A stretch of DNA of 64,000 nucleotides from a virus. The stretch spans positions 64,001-128,000 of IMG/VR virus record IMGVR_UViG_3300032156_000001, one strand, 5' to 3'. The notes beneath the pieces are model-generated. The model was not told where the DNA came from and searched no databases. It saw nothing but the letters and a program-made list of their open reading frames with translations. The translations under genes and the position numbers were made by a program. Below are positions 35,431 through 45,972 of this stretch, one piece after another (the first letter of the stretch is position 1; each line of letters begins with the position of its first letter).

Positions 35431-36939
35431 GTGAAGATCCCGCTGAAACAGATCGCGATGGACGTTAGCGGCTACCGGGTCGGCGGCAACTTCTACTCCG
35501 ACCTTGCCAGCGTAGCCGCCGCGGAGCGTTCCACCGTCGTGGACGGCCTGATCGCCACGGTCGTGGACGATACCGCCGTCCTGTCCGGGCCGGGGCTGTC
35601 GCTCCTCGACGACGCCTACGCGGGCGGCTTCCTGATACTTGCGTCCGAGCCGTTTCCGGCGCCCAGCTCCAGCAGTTCCAGCCCCAGCAGCAGCCGCAGC
35701 TCCAGTTCCAGTTCCAGCCTGAGCAGCAGCTCCAGTCCCAGCAGTTCGAGCAGCCCCAGCAGCTCCAGTTCGAGCTCCGGCGTGCCTTCGCGGGCGCCGT
35801 ACCTGTACGTCTGCAGCATCGCCTCCTACCTGGCCGCGTCGAGGACGGTCAGGCTGGGCCAGCGCGCGCGGGTGGACGGCGACTACTACGCGCTCGTCGT
35901 CATGCCGATCCACATCTGGATGGACGGGATGATCGGCGTCAAAGCGGACGACCTGAACGCCCTGCCCGACCACTTCGTCCTGACCGGGCGCGGTTGGGAC
36001 GCCGACATCCTGCTGCCCACGGCGCCGGCGCAGCCGCCGGGCAAGCTGCAGGTCTTCGAGAACCTTACCGTCGCGGGCAAGAACGCGTCCTGGCTCGTTG
36101 ACGGCGCGCAGCACGGCATGCTCATCTTCCGCAGGGCCAGGGTGGGCCGCGGCGCGCCGGTCCAGCCGTCCGCGCCGGGCAGCTCCAGCAGCTCCAGCTC
36201 GATGTCCAGCAGCAGCTCCAGCTCCAGCGGGGCGGGCGGCCTGGACGCCGCCGTGGCGCTCATGAACGGGCCCGCGAAGGGCCACTGGGTCGAGTTCGTC
36301 GACTCCGAGCTGTACGGCGACGTCCTGTTCGCCAACGGCTACGCGCGGCTGACGGCGCTGCGGCTGGACCAGCGGGCCGGCAGGATCTCCGTTGCCCACG
36401 CGGACGGCAGGTTCGTCAGCGGCGGCTACTCGCTGGAAGGCAACGTGGCCGTGCTGGAAGACTGCTCGCTCACGGACGTCCGGCTGGCCTCCGCCAACGA
36501 CACGTACGGCGCGGTGTCGCTCAACGCCGTGACGCCGCTGCTCAGCCTGCTCGGCTGCAAGCTGGCCAAGTCGCCGATTTTCATTGACAACGCAGGGTGC
36601 GTGGTATCATGGGATCAGCCCGTGCTGCAGGCGCGGGGGTGCGAGTTCGAGGGCGGCTTCTCGCTGTTCTCGGGCGCCATCAACGGCCTGCACGGGGCGC
36701 ACGGCGCGTTGGTCGACCTCTGCGGCTGCCGGTTCGGCGGCCGGATCGACCTCGTGAACGGCTGGTACGTCGGCAGGTTCGACATGCGCGACTGCGACAG
36801 CACGTTCGCCGGCGGCTACTCGGTGTGCACCGGCGGCATCGATCCGACGATCTATCGCATTCTCGACACCAGGCTGGGGGGCACCGCCGAGGAGGCGGGC
36901 GGCCTGGTCGCCGTGGACTTGACGGAGTCGGTCGCCTAG
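35431..36939 (+). CDS. putative structural protein with two poly-Ser linkers
   Basis: 502 aa; (S)n/P tracts at about 35665-35778 and 36181-36228. Confidence 0.65.
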   Translation: MKIPLKQIAMDVSGYRVGGNFYSDLASVAAAERSTVVDGLIATVVDDTAVLSGPGLSLLDDAYAGGFLILASEPFPAPSSSSSSPSSSRSSSSSSSLSSSSSPSSSSSPSSSSSSSGVPSRAPYLYVCSIASYLAASRTVRLGQRARVDGDYYALVVMPIHIWMDGMIGVKADDLNALPDHFVLTGRGWDADILLPTAPAQPPGKLQVFENLTVAGKNASWLVDGAQHGMLIFRRARVGRGAPVQPSAPGSSSSSSSMSSSSSSSSGAGGLDAAVALMNGPAKGHWVEFVDSELYGDVLFANGYARLTALRLDQRAGRISVAHADGRFVSGGYSLEGNVAVLEDCSLTDVRLASANDTYGAVSLNAVTPLLSLLGCKLAKSPIFIDNAGCVVSWDQPVLQARGCEFEGGFSLFSGAINGLHGAHGALVDLCGCRFGGRIDLVNGWYVGRFDMRDCDSTFAGGYSVCTGGIDPTIYRILDTRLGGTAEEAGGLVAVDLTESVA

Positions 36940-36963
36940 CCGGCTGCGTCGGGGGGCAACGAC

Positions 36964-39900
36964 ATGCCTAGCAGCGAGGACCGCGCGCTCCTGGTGACGT
37001 CCGAGCTCATCGTCGAGCCTGGCTACACCTCCGGCCGGTGCCCGTGCGCGCTGACGCTGGACCTCTTCCACAAGGACGACTGGGGCCGCATACCGCATCC
37101 CGTCAACGACGACATCGTCGGCCTGCGCGCGTTCGCAAGGGGCGCGCGCCCCGGCGGGGCGAACGCCGGCGACTACGTGGAACTGTCCCAGTACGGCGCC
37201 AACAGCCGCCTGTTCGCCACCGGCGGGCAGCTGCAGCTGATGCGCGCGCCGTACACTGCCGTCCCGACCGCCAACGCCATCGTAACCGCCACGGGCGCGG
37301 CCAAAGTCCCGCTCGTGGTCGAGTCGGCGGACGGCCAGTCGGCGCACCTGCTGGAGTTCCGCGACTCCGGCGGCAACATCCTCAGCTACTTCGACATAGA
37401 CGGCACGTTCTCCGGCGACGTCCACCCCATCCTCAGCGATGACGAGCCGCTGTGGTTCGGGAACGACAACGACTACGGGTTCATGTACGACGTGGCCACG
37501 TGGGGCACGCAGGCGCTAACGTTCGTGGCGGGGCCCGGCGGCAGCAAGACCGGCCTGTTCGCCATGGGGAACTCCGTGATATCGGCCTACGAGGCCGTGG
37601 TCGGGGCCAACGGCCCGTCCGTGTACGTCCGGCTGTCGGATGGGCCCGACCGCGCCGCGGGCGGCTACGCGGCCGGCACCGTCAACGTAACGGCCGGCGC
37701 GGGCGGGGACGCCTCGGCGGGCGCCGGCGGGGCGGGCGGCGGCTACAGCTTCGTTGCCGGCCCGGGCGGGGCGGGGACCGCGGCCGGCGGCAGCGGCGGC
37801 GGGTTCGAGTTCGTCGTCGGCGCGGCCGGCGCTGGCGGAACGGGAGTAGAAGGGCAGTTTTTAGTTCGCGGGACAATCGTTTTCAGCGACATCGCGGGCA
37901 CGAGCACGGGCGTCATACGGTCGGTCGGAGCCCTTGGAGCCACGCCGTTCCTGAGCATCGTTGACAGCGCCGGAACGGTCAACATTGCCCGATTCTACGA
38001 CAGCCAGGACACGGCATCGCGAAGGCCATACGTTCTGTTCGGAAATGGACTGGCCACAGATGCATGGGCAGCGCAGGGACGTGTCGTAGACATCAACGCC
38101 AAGTTCACTGGACCGTCTTCCGATGTCCCGATGGGGTTGTCGGTGGAAACGGAATTGGCGTATGTTGTGGCCGATTCAACCCCGATGGCCGGGGTCTTCA
38201 ACATCAATTACACCGATGCGACCACGCCGAACGCCAACAACGTCAGCATCACCGCGTTGAATTCCCATTTGTACTTGAGCAGCGCCGTCAACTTTTCCCA
38301 TGCGAGCCCGTATTTTCACGGCGGCCAGTTCTCGTCAACCACTAATGCGGCTGTCACTGTAGCCGGTACGGTCGCAGGTTCGGCGTCATTCGTGAATCCC
38401 AAAACGGCAGGAGCCAGTATCGCCACTGCGATTGGTGCACGCGGGTACATCTCCCAATCCGACGGAGCGACGACCAACGCCATCGGCGTCAGCGGACACA
38501 TCTCGTTGTCCGGCGGGACGATAACGAGCGCCTGCGCGCTGCGCGGGTATCTCAGCTCCGGCACTCCGACGAACTACACGGACCTCGTCCTCGGCCAGAG
38601 CACGATACCGACGGGCAACTACGGCATCTACAGCGCCGGGACGAGCGGCAGTTACTTTGCCGGCAGCATACTGCACGCGGATCAGAAGGGCGCGATCTTC
38701 GGCACGGACAGTGACTGGAGCCTGTACTACGACGAGACCACGACGGACGCCCTGGTCCTGTCGGAAGTGGCGGTCGGCGCCCTTGCAATCAAGGGCGCGA
38801 CGCTTGCCGGAGGCTTCGTAGCTGCCGCCGACACGGTAGGCAACAACCTCTTCGCCGCGCTCCAGTCCGGCGGGACAGCGACAGCCGCGGGGAAGAAAGC
38901 CGCGGACTTCACGTTTGAGGGAGGCGCCGGTTCCGTCGGCGTGGGGGCGACGACAAGCGGCGCTGGCAGCGTCATCACGATCACGAACGGCGCTGGCGGG
39001 CCTTCGATTGACAACGCGGGTTCCACAGGCGGAGCGGGCGGGATCACGCGGGTAATCTGCGGGGCTGGCGGGGCGAAGGTCGGGGCTGGCACCGCGGGCG
39101 CGCAGGGGTACTTTGCGGTGCGAGGATCTAGTGGTACGGACGAACTTAGGTTCAGCATGTCTGGCGGTTATGGAACAGTGAACGTCGTCGCTACAACGCC
39201 GGTCTATTATGTCCAGATAAATGGATCGAGCAGACTGTTAATAGATGCGACGAATACTACCCACTACACAAACCAGATACAGTCCACCACTAACACGGTT
39301 AACCTTGGCAGTCCAACGGCTGCCTGGAAAGCAATCTATGGTGGTGAATCCACCGCCTTCGTCAACACAACCGGCCTCTACCTCGGCGCATCGCAGCAAT
39401 GGCGCTTGTGGACGAACTCGGCTCAGAACGCGAGTGAGGCGACGTGCCCGGCCAACAGTTTGGTGCTCAACGAGGGCACCGTCCCGGCGCTGTGCATACT
39501 CGGCAGCGCCATCAGCGGGTTCACGGCGGCGGCTGATACCGCCGGGAATGACATCTATCAGGCGACCCAAACGGCCGGAGCCGGGGCGACGGTCGGCAAG
39601 AACGGCGCTATGTCCTACTGGAACTTCGGAGCGGGTTCCAACGCGGCGTCTGGCAGCAACGCATACGCGGGCGGCGTCGGCGGCGGAAGCACGCTCACCT
39701 TCGGCGCTGGCGGGAACGGCGACACGACCGGGACCGGGGGCAACGCTGGCGGGGTTACGTTCACCGGCGCGGCTGGCGGAACGGGCGCTGTCGGCGGGAT
39801 CGGGACATCGTACGCATGGACCGCGGGCACTGGCGGCAACGGGACGACGACGGGCGGGGCTGGCGGTGGGATTACGTTCACGACTGGCAACGCCGGGACG

Positions 39901-40770
39901 GGCGGGAACGCGGCTGGCGGGAACTTCACGGTCAACTTGGGAACAAATACGGGGTCCGGGGCGACGGGATGCTTCTACGTGACGGGACAGGCGAAGGCCG
40001 GGACGATAGCGCAATTTTCGTCTGGGTCAATAAATGGATCTACATACTACAATTTCCTCAATCCGAACAACGGTACTGCTACCGCCGTTTACATGAACCT
40101 TGGAACATCCTCATCGGTCGGCCTGCAAATGTTGTGGCTTCCTTCTGCGTACACGACCAATGGGATCTATGTTGGAGGCAGGGCATTGTGGACTTCCTCC
40201 GGCGACAACGGGATTGTCATAGACGCCTTAAACGCCAGCGCTCCAATCGTGTTTTTGACCGATGGCGCGAACTACTCGAAAGAGCGGGCGCGGATTGACG
40301 CGACCTACGGCCTTCGCGTCGCCTGCAACGGCACGACCACCGTTGCGAACTGCGCTTACCTGAACATGCAATCGGTCACCGAGGAACTGACCTGCGCAAC
40401 CGGAGCGACAACGTTCACGTCCACGACCGCCGCGCTGCCAGCGAACGCCTACATTGTCGGTGTAACGATGGTCGTCACTCAGGCTTGCACGGACGCGATT
40501 ACCTGGAAGGCCGGCATCGCCGGGGCCGACGACGTGACCGGGCTACAGAAGTTTGCGGAAGCCCTGCAACCGAAGACGCTTGGGCAGAAGACATCCTCGT
40601 GGGGCGCGGGACATGCCGCCGGAACCGGCGGACCGCCCACGATGCTCACGCCGTACACCAACGCGGCGGCGGCTGGCGTGGTCGTGACGACGAGCGGCGA
40701 CCCCGGCGCGACCGCGCTGAAGGTTCGGATAACGACCTTCTACTTCACGTTCACGGCACCGGCTGGATAA
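36964..40770 (+). CDS. large Gly/Ala/Thr-rich tail fibre / adhesin-like protein
   Basis: 1268 aa; repeated GGxG-rich segments; internal module repeated here and in 41266-42621. Confidence 0.7.
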   Translation: MPSSEDRALLVTSELIVEPGYTSGRCPCALTLDLFHKDDWGRIPHPVNDDIVGLRAFARGARPGGANAGDYVELSQYGANSRLFATGGQLQLMRAPYTAVPTANAIVTATGAAKVPLVVESADGQSAHLLEFRDSGGNILSYFDIDGTFSGDVHPILSDDEPLWFGNDNDYGFMYDVATWGTQALTFVAGPGGSKTGLFAMGNSVISAYEAVVGANGPSVYVRLSDGPDRAAGGYAAGTVNVTAGAGGDASAGAGGAGGGYSFVAGPGGAGTAAGGSGGGFEFVVGAAGAGGTGVEGQFLVRGTIVFSDIAGTSTGVIRSVGALGATPFLSIVDSAGTVNIARFYDSQDTASRRPYVLFGNGLATDAWAAQGRVVDINAKFTGPSSDVPMGLSVETELAYVVADSTPMAGVFNINYTDATTPNANNVSITALNSHLYLSSAVNFSHASPYFHGGQFSSTTNAAVTVAGTVAGSASFVNPKTAGASIATAIGARGYISQSDGATTNAIGVSGHISLSGGTITSACALRGYLSSGTPTNYTDLVLGQSTIPTGNYGIYSAGTSGSYFAGSILHADQKGAIFGTDSDWSLYYDETTTDALVLSEVAVGALAIKGATLAGGFVAAADTVGNNLFAALQSGGTATAAGKKAADFTFEGGAGSVGVGATTSGAGSVITITNGAGGPSIDNAGSTGGAGGITRVICGAGGAKVGAGTAGAQGYFAVRGSSGTDELRFSMSGGYGTVNVVATTPVYYVQINGSSRLLIDATNTTHYTNQIQSTTNTVNLGSPTAAWKAIYGGESTAFVNTTGLYLGASQQWRLWTNSAQNASEATCPANSLVLNEGTVPALCILGSAISGFTAAADTAGNDIYQATQTAGAGATVGKNGAMSYWNFGAGSNAASGSNAYAGGVGGGSTLTFGAGGNGDTTGTGGNAGGVTFTGAAGGTGAVGGIGTSYAWTAGTGGNGTTTGGAGGGITFTTGNAGTGGNAAGGNFTVNLGTNTGSGATGCFYVTGQAKAGTIAQFSSGSINGSTYYNFLNPNNGTATAVYMNLGTSSSVGLQMLWLPSAYTTNGIYVGGRALWTSSGDNGIVIDALNASAPIVFLTDGANYSKERARIDATYGLRVACNGTTTVANCAYLNMQSVTEELTCATGATTFTSTTAALPANAYIVGVTMVVTQACTDAITWKAGIAGADDVTGLQKFAEALQPKTLGQKTSSWGAGHAAGTGGPPTMLTPYTNAAAAGVVVTTSGDPGATALKVRITTFYFTFTAPAG

Positions 40771-40779
40771 GGAGGAATC

Positions 40780-41178
40780 ATGGACGGGAGGACGAACATG
40801 CGGCACCTGTTTCTGGTCTTGCTGGCGATCTGCGGCTCTGCCCTGTGCGCCGAGCCGAAGGTCAAGGTGGTCGAGTCCGGTGACAGCTTCGTCGTCACCG
40901 TGACGTTCACGAAGGCGTCTGTCATCGAGTCTCAGGCCGGGAACCTCATGGCCATCGCCGTGCTCGAACAGGCCAAGCGGGAGATCGGCGCGGCTCAGGC
41001 GAACGTCGGGAAGACGCCGACCACGATAGACGCCGAAGCCGTCAAGGCCAAGGCCGCGATTGACCTTGCGGCAACGGCAGCGAAGGCGGCGCTGACGCCG
41101 ATGAAGGCGAAGACCGAGGAGCTGGCGGAAGGGGAGGCCAAGCCGCGCTCGGCGGCGAGGACGAGATCGAAGCGCTGA
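40780..41178 (+). CDS. signal-peptide-bearing small protein
   Basis: MRHLFLVLLAICGSALCA (ATG 40798 possible), then an Ala/Lys-rich helix. Confidence 0.55.
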   Translation: MDGRTNMRHLFLVLLAICGSALCAEPKVKVVESGDSFVVTVTFTKASVIESQAGNLMAIAVLEQAKREIGAAQANVGKTPTTIDAEAVKAKAAIDLAATAAKAALTPMKAKTEELAEGEAKPRSAARTRSKR

Positions 41179-41265
41179 CGCGGTTCGCCAAAGGGCCGTG
41201 AATCTTGACGATCGACGCCCGGGAAGAGGGCGCCCGGTAGCGGGGGCGCCGGAGGAAAGCGCCCG

Positions 41266-42621
41266 ATGGCTTCTGCCGACCCGAAGTCCGTCATGTTCCT
41301 GGGTTCAGAACTGGCCATTGAGACGGCCCGCGAATCCGCGGGGGGACTTGCGGTCACCGTCATAGACTTCGCCCACAGGGAAGACCGCGGCCTCGTTGTC
41401 GCCCCGTCCGGCACCGACGAGATCGGCATCCGCATCTGGGCCAAGGGCGCGCGGCCCGGCGGCGCGCACGACGGCATCCACCTGGAGCTGACCCAGGACG
41501 ACGACGACGACAGCTACGTGTTCGCCGTCGGCGGCGACCTGAACCTGCTGGCCGACGGGGACATCGTCTTCGCCCCGATCGGTTCGCTCGTCGTCGGCGA
41601 CGACATCCCCCTGTATTTCGGCACCGGCAAGGACTGGAGTCTCAAGTACGACGAGACGACGACCGACAGCCTGATACTCAGCGAGGGCGCGGTCGGGACG
41701 CTGGCCGTCAATGGCGCGGCGGTCGTCGGCTTCGCCGCCGCCTCGGACACGCCGGGCAACGACGTGTACGTGGCGACTCAGGCCGCCGGGACCAACGCGG
41801 GGGGCAATCCGCGCGGCGGCAACCTGCACGTCATCCCGGGGACCGGCACGGGGACCGGCAAGCCGGGGCAGATCGTCCTCGGCGTCGAGCCGACGACGCC
41901 GGCGACGACCCTGGACGGGCACGTCGTGATCGGCAACGCCGTCGCGGCGCACAAGAACCTGATACTGCAGAGCTTCGACATCGCGCCGGGGGGCGAGATC
42001 CTGCTGGAGTTCCAGATCGGCAGCGGAACGGCTAGGGCCAGCGTCCACCGGGACGGCGGAAACATAGGCTTCACGGGGGACTGGTACAAGTCGCACGACG
42101 GCAGGTTCAGCCTCAGCTACGTCGGCGCGTCGTACGTGAACCTTCAGCTCCACGACACGGCCAGGATCTCGTGGGGGCCGAACGCCACGGTAGGGGCCGA
42201 CGACACTGGGCTCGCCCGCGCGGCCGTGGACGTTCTCAGGATCACGGACGGCTCGACGGGCATCGGCTCGCTGCTGTTCGGGCGCTACGTCCTGCCGAAG
42301 ACAGGCGGCGTCGGCTCGCCCTACTCGGTCCTGGGCACCGACTCCAACGCGGTCTTCACGAACGAGGGCGCGACGGCGGAGGTCTACCTGAACCTGCCGA
42401 CCGCCGTGGCGAACCTGACCTACACGGTGATGGTGCAGGACGCCGACGGCGTGCGCGTCGTCGCCTCCGGGGGCGATACGATCCGCCTCGGGACGGGCGT
42501 GTCCGCGGCGGCCGGCTACGTCCGGTCGTCGGAGATAGGCGCCGCGCTCAAGCTGGTCGCCATCAACGCGACGGAGTGGCTGGTCGAGAGCATCGTGGGG
42601 ACCTGGACCATAGATTCATAG
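41266..42621 (+). CDS. tail fibre-like protein, partial paralog of 36964-40770
   Basis: Shares KGARPGG and WSLxYDETTTDxLxLSE...AAxDTxGN modules. Confidence 0.7.
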   Translation: MASADPKSVMFLGSELAIETARESAGGLAVTVIDFAHREDRGLVVAPSGTDEIGIRIWAKGARPGGAHDGIHLELTQDDDDDSYVFAVGGDLNLLADGDIVFAPIGSLVVGDDIPLYFGTGKDWSLKYDETTTDSLILSEGAVGTLAVNGAAVVGFAAASDTPGNDVYVATQAAGTNAGGNPRGGNLHVIPGTGTGTGKPGQIVLGVEPTTPATTLDGHVVIGNAVAAHKNLILQSFDIAPGGEILLEFQIGSGTARASVHRDGGNIGFTGDWYKSHDGRFSLSYVGASYVNLQLHDTARISWGPNATVGADDTGLARAAVDVLRITDGSTGIGSLLFGRYVLPKTGGVGSPYSVLGTDSNAVFTNEGATAEVYLNLPTAVANLTYTVMVQDADGVRVVASGGDTIRLGTGVSAAAGYVRSSEIGAALKLVAINATEWLVESIVGTWTIDS

Positions 42622-42685
42622 GGGCTTTGTCGCGCGGGCCGGCGGCTGTCGGTTTCGTCATTAGGACGATAAGTCTAGGAGGAGC

Positions 42686-43426
42686 GTGTTGAAACAAGTT
42701 ATTACGGGATCGGGAGCCGCAAGCAAAACGGCCGCTTCCGTCAGCGGGGACGTTACCGCGTGGGCCGACCTGGACGGCGCGCTCGTACGGATGTCCGCGA
42801 CCTCTGTTGCGCACATTCACGGCGTCCTGGAGGGATACGACGGACAGACGGTCTATTTGATCAACGTTGGAAGTTTCGACATCTATATCGAGCACGAGTC
42901 CGCGATGGAACAGGTCGAAGCTAATCGGCTCCTTGCGCCAAACGAAGAGGCCCTGCTGGTTGGAACGGGCAAATCGACGCAGATAATCTACGATTCTGCC
43001 GTTGGGCGTTGGCGCATCTTTAGAGGGCGAGGCGACCCCGGCGATTCCGGAGCCAAAGGCGATCCCGGAGATCCCGGAACGCCCGGAGCCAAAGGCGATC
43101 CCGGAGATCCCGGAGCCAAAGGCGATCCCGGCGATCCTGGAACGCCCGGAGCCAAAGGAGATCCCGGAGATCCCGGCGATCCTGGAACGCCCGGAGCCAA
43201 AGGCGATCCCGGAGAGCCCGGAGATCCCGGCGATCCCGGAGCCAAAGGCGATCCCGGCGATCCTGGAGCCAAAGGCGATCCCGGAGATCCCGGAACGCCC
43301 GGAGCCAAAGGCGAGCCCGGAGATCCCGGCGCGAAGGGCGACAAAGGCGATACCGGCGATCCAGGCACGCCGGGTGCGGACGGACTGACGCAGGCGCAGG
43401 TTTTGGCGCGAGGAATGGGGGCGTGA
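42686..43426 (+). CDS. collagen-like triple-helix (Gly-X-Y) protein
   Basis: Uninterrupted GDP/GAK/GTP/GEP triplets at about 43030-43380. Confidence 0.85.
   Translation: MLKQVITGSGAASKTAASVSGDVTAWADLDGALVRMSATSVAHIHGVLEGYDGQTVYLINVGSFDIYIEHESAMEQVEANRLLAPNEEALLVGTGKSTQIIYDSAVGRWRIFRGRGDPGDSGAKGDPGDPGTPGAKGDPGDPGAKGDPGDPGTPGAKGDPGDPGDPGTPGAKGDPGEPGDPGDPGAKGDPGDPGAKGDPGDPGTPGAKGEPGDPGAKGDKGDTGDPGTPGADGLTQAQVLARGMGA
43030..43380 (+). repeat. 9-nt-unit coding tandem repeats of the collagen region
   Basis: GGCGATCCC / GGAGATCCC / GGAACGCCC / GGAGCCAAA units shuffled. Confidence 0.85.
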
Positions 43427-43427
43427 G

Positions 43428-44780
43428 ATGATCGTCTTGACTGCGGACACAGACACCCTCAAGGCCGTCTTAGAGGCGGCGGGCGGCGCGTTGGTGCAGT
43501 GCTTTGCGTCCTGGCGCGATCTCACCGCGGTCACATACACGCCGGGACGTACGGCTGTTGCATCGAACGGAAACACTCCGGTTACGGTCGTTGCGGCGCC
43601 GACTACCGGACATCAGATCGTCATCGACTTCCTCTCCTTCCGCAACGCCGACACGGTTGCGCGCACGTTGACCGTTAGTTTTTATGCGGATACGACGCCG
43701 TGGATGCTCTGGGCGGGCGTGCTCCAAGCCGGTGAAGCGTTGGTCTACACGGACGGCGGGGGCTGGCAGCGCCTTGGACCGGGCGGCGTTCCATCCTTGA
43801 GCTATCCCGCTTCCCCGACAGACGTGCAGATATTCACTGCTCCGGGCGCGGGCGCCTGGACGAAGCCTGCGGCGTTTGTGCCGAAACAGGTTTTGGTCGT
43901 TTGCATCGGCGCAGGAGGCGGGGGCGGGGCCGGCGGATCGGCGGCGAACGCAGCGATCAAAATGGGCGGGGCCGGCGGCGGCGGCGCTTACGCGGCCAAG
44001 ATGTTCAATGCTTCCGATCTTGGCGCATCCGAACCCCTGAATGCCGGGGTAGGCGGTTCCGCAGGCGTGGCGGGGGCCTCCGGTGCAGCGGGCGGCGACG
44101 GCGGAGTCGGAGGCGTCTCATCGTTTGGCACCGGCGGCACCTGGTTGCGCGCGTTTGGCGGCGGGGGTGGACGGGGCGGCGCGGTCTCTGCCGCAGCGGG
44201 CGGCGGAGGAGGGGGCGGGGGCAGGGCCGGTGCGGGCGCGACCGGCACCACATCGGCGGGCGTGGGGGGCGATCCCAAACCGACCGCGATCACCGGCGTC
44301 AACGGCGGCTCCGGCTCGAACGGTCCGATTACGGTCATTACTACGCACTGCGCCGAATACGGCGGAGGCGGCGGCGGCGGGTATACGAACGTTCCTGCAT
44401 GTTGCGTCGGCGGCAGTTCGATGTTTGGGGGCGGCGGAGGCGGCGCAGGCGTAGGAACGACGGCTGTTCCCGCTCTGGCTGCGGCCTCGGCGGGCGGGTT
44501 GTCAAATGCCTATGTTGGCGGCGGCGGAGCGGCCGCCGGTACGAGCACCCCGCCTGTTGCCGGCGGCGCGGGCGCAGCCGGCACGTCGAAACTTGCCGGC
44601 GGCGGTGGCGGAGGCGGCGGCACTTCAGTGGGCGCGAATGCCAACGGCGCAGTTGGCGGCGAGGGCGGCGCGTGCGGCGGCGGAGGTGGCGGAGGCGGGG
44701 CCGGGTGCACGGGCGGTTCAAACTTCGGCGGCGCGGGCGGCGCGGGCGGACGGGGAGAAGTGCGAGTGTACTCGTGGTGA
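43428..44780 (+). CDS. glycine-rich tail fibre protein
   Basis: DVQIFTAPGAGAWTKP...VVCIGAGGGGGAGG...GGRGEVRVYSW, typical phage Gly-rich domain. Confidence 0.8.
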   Translation: MIVLTADTDTLKAVLEAAGGALVQCFASWRDLTAVTYTPGRTAVASNGNTPVTVVAAPTTGHQIVIDFLSFRNADTVARTLTVSFYADTTPWMLWAGVLQAGEALVYTDGGGWQRLGPGGVPSLSYPASPTDVQIFTAPGAGAWTKPAAFVPKQVLVVCIGAGGGGGAGGSAANAAIKMGGAGGGGAYAAKMFNASDLGASEPLNAGVGGSAGVAGASGAAGGDGGVGGVSSFGTGGTWLRAFGGGGGRGGAVSAAAGGGGGGGGRAGAGATGTTSAGVGGDPKPTAITGVNGGSGSNGPITVITTHCAEYGGGGGGGYTNVPACCVGGSSMFGGGGGGAGVGTTAVPALAAASAGGLSNAYVGGGGAAAGTSTPPVAGGAGAAGTSKLAGGGGGGGGTSVGANANGAVGGEGGACGGGGGGGGAGCTGGSNFGGAGGAGGRGEVRVYSW

Positions 44781-45114
44781 TACTGAAGTCCGTCAGGCCC
44801 GGCGGCGATGTGTCGGCCGCTGTGCCGGAGATCGTCTCGCTGCGACCGGTCAAGCCGGGGCCCGCCGTCATCGTCTCCGGCCTCGAAGGCGGCAGACTAT
44901 AGCTCCCTCCTCGCTTCGGTTGCTGGCGCTGGCCGCCGACATCGTCCTGTCGGTCGTCGGCGTCATAGCCGTTTTGTGGTTCCTGCTGTGGTCCTTCGGC
45001 GGGAAGCCGAAGGGTCCGGGCCCCTGGGGCCGAGCATGAGTCCGCGTTTTCTTCAACAATTCCATTGATATTCCCGCTGAGGACTATACACTGTACCGCC
45101 AAGGAGGGAACCCC

Positions 45115-45972
45115 ATGCCGCTGCCCGGCACGCCCGAGCCGCCGAATCCCGGCGAGACCGTCGAGGAAGTCGTGCGGAGGCGTATCCGCGAGGACGAAGC
45201 CTTCCGCACCGCCATTTCGCCCAACGACTATACCGACCGGCTGCCCGGCGAGTCGGGCGCGGCTTATCTCGAGCGCCGGCGGCGCGAACAGCGCGAGGCG
45301 TACGAGGCAGCCCTGACAAGGCGAATGAACGAGGACTGGCAGCGCCTGTCGCGCGAAAGCACGGGCCTCTTCGGGCTGACGGAGCGCTATCGGCAGGCTC
45401 CGTCGCCCCCCGATCTCGCGGTCCGCGAAATCAGGGCGGCCGAGGTCCGCGAACTCAGGGCGGCCCTGGAGCAAGGCAGGCCCAGTCTCCTCGGGGACGG
45501 CATTCAACGGCGCATTCTGCCGCCGGTGCCGGTCGAGAGGACTGGAGCGGGCGACACCGGCAACACGCCGTCGTACACCGCGATCACGGTACAGGAGCGG
45601 GGGCCGGCCGGGGCGAGAGCCGCCAGCTGGGAATGGTCGGCAGACGCGGCGACATTTCTGCTGCCGACGCGTGAAGTCGCTGCGACGCTTTCGGACCAGG
45701 AGAGGGAGCAGATCGCCGGAATGGCGGCCGCGTTGGGCGACTGGCCTGTACGGGTGGTCATCGGCGGTGAGCACGTCGGCGACATGCGGCCCAACGATGC
45801 GCTTGCTGCGCTCGGCTTGGCGGTACGGCGCGGGACGGTCGAGCTGGTTGCTCGTGAGGTCATCGGTGCCGCCATTACTAACGCGGCCGCAATAGGCCGC
45901 CTTAACGTCACCGCCGGTGACAGGGAACCGTCCCTGTTCGACCCGAAATGGATGGGGGAAGTCCGTTGGTGA
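45115..45972 (+). CDS. hypothetical protein
   Basis: 285 aa; AAGGAGG RBS; preceded by TTGATA-16-TACACT. Confidence 0.65.
   Translation: MPLPGTPEPPNPGETVEEVVRRRIREDEAFRTAISPNDYTDRLPGESGAAYLERRRREQREAYEAALTRRMNEDWQRLSRESTGLFGLTERYRQAPSPPDLAVREIRAAEVRELRAALEQGRPSLLGDGIQRRILPPVPVERTGAGDTGNTPSYTAITVQERGPAGARAASWEWSADAATFLLPTREVAATLSDQEREQIAGMAAALGDWPVRVVIGGEHVGDMRPNDALAALGLAVRRGTVELVAREVIGAAITNAAAIGRLNVTAGDREPSLFDPKWMGEVRW

Noticed and set aside
44899-45039. Small membrane peptide (LLALAADIVLSVVGVIAVLWFLLWSF)
   Set aside because: The hydrophobic stretch is plausible, but there is no clear start codon or RBS, so it was not called
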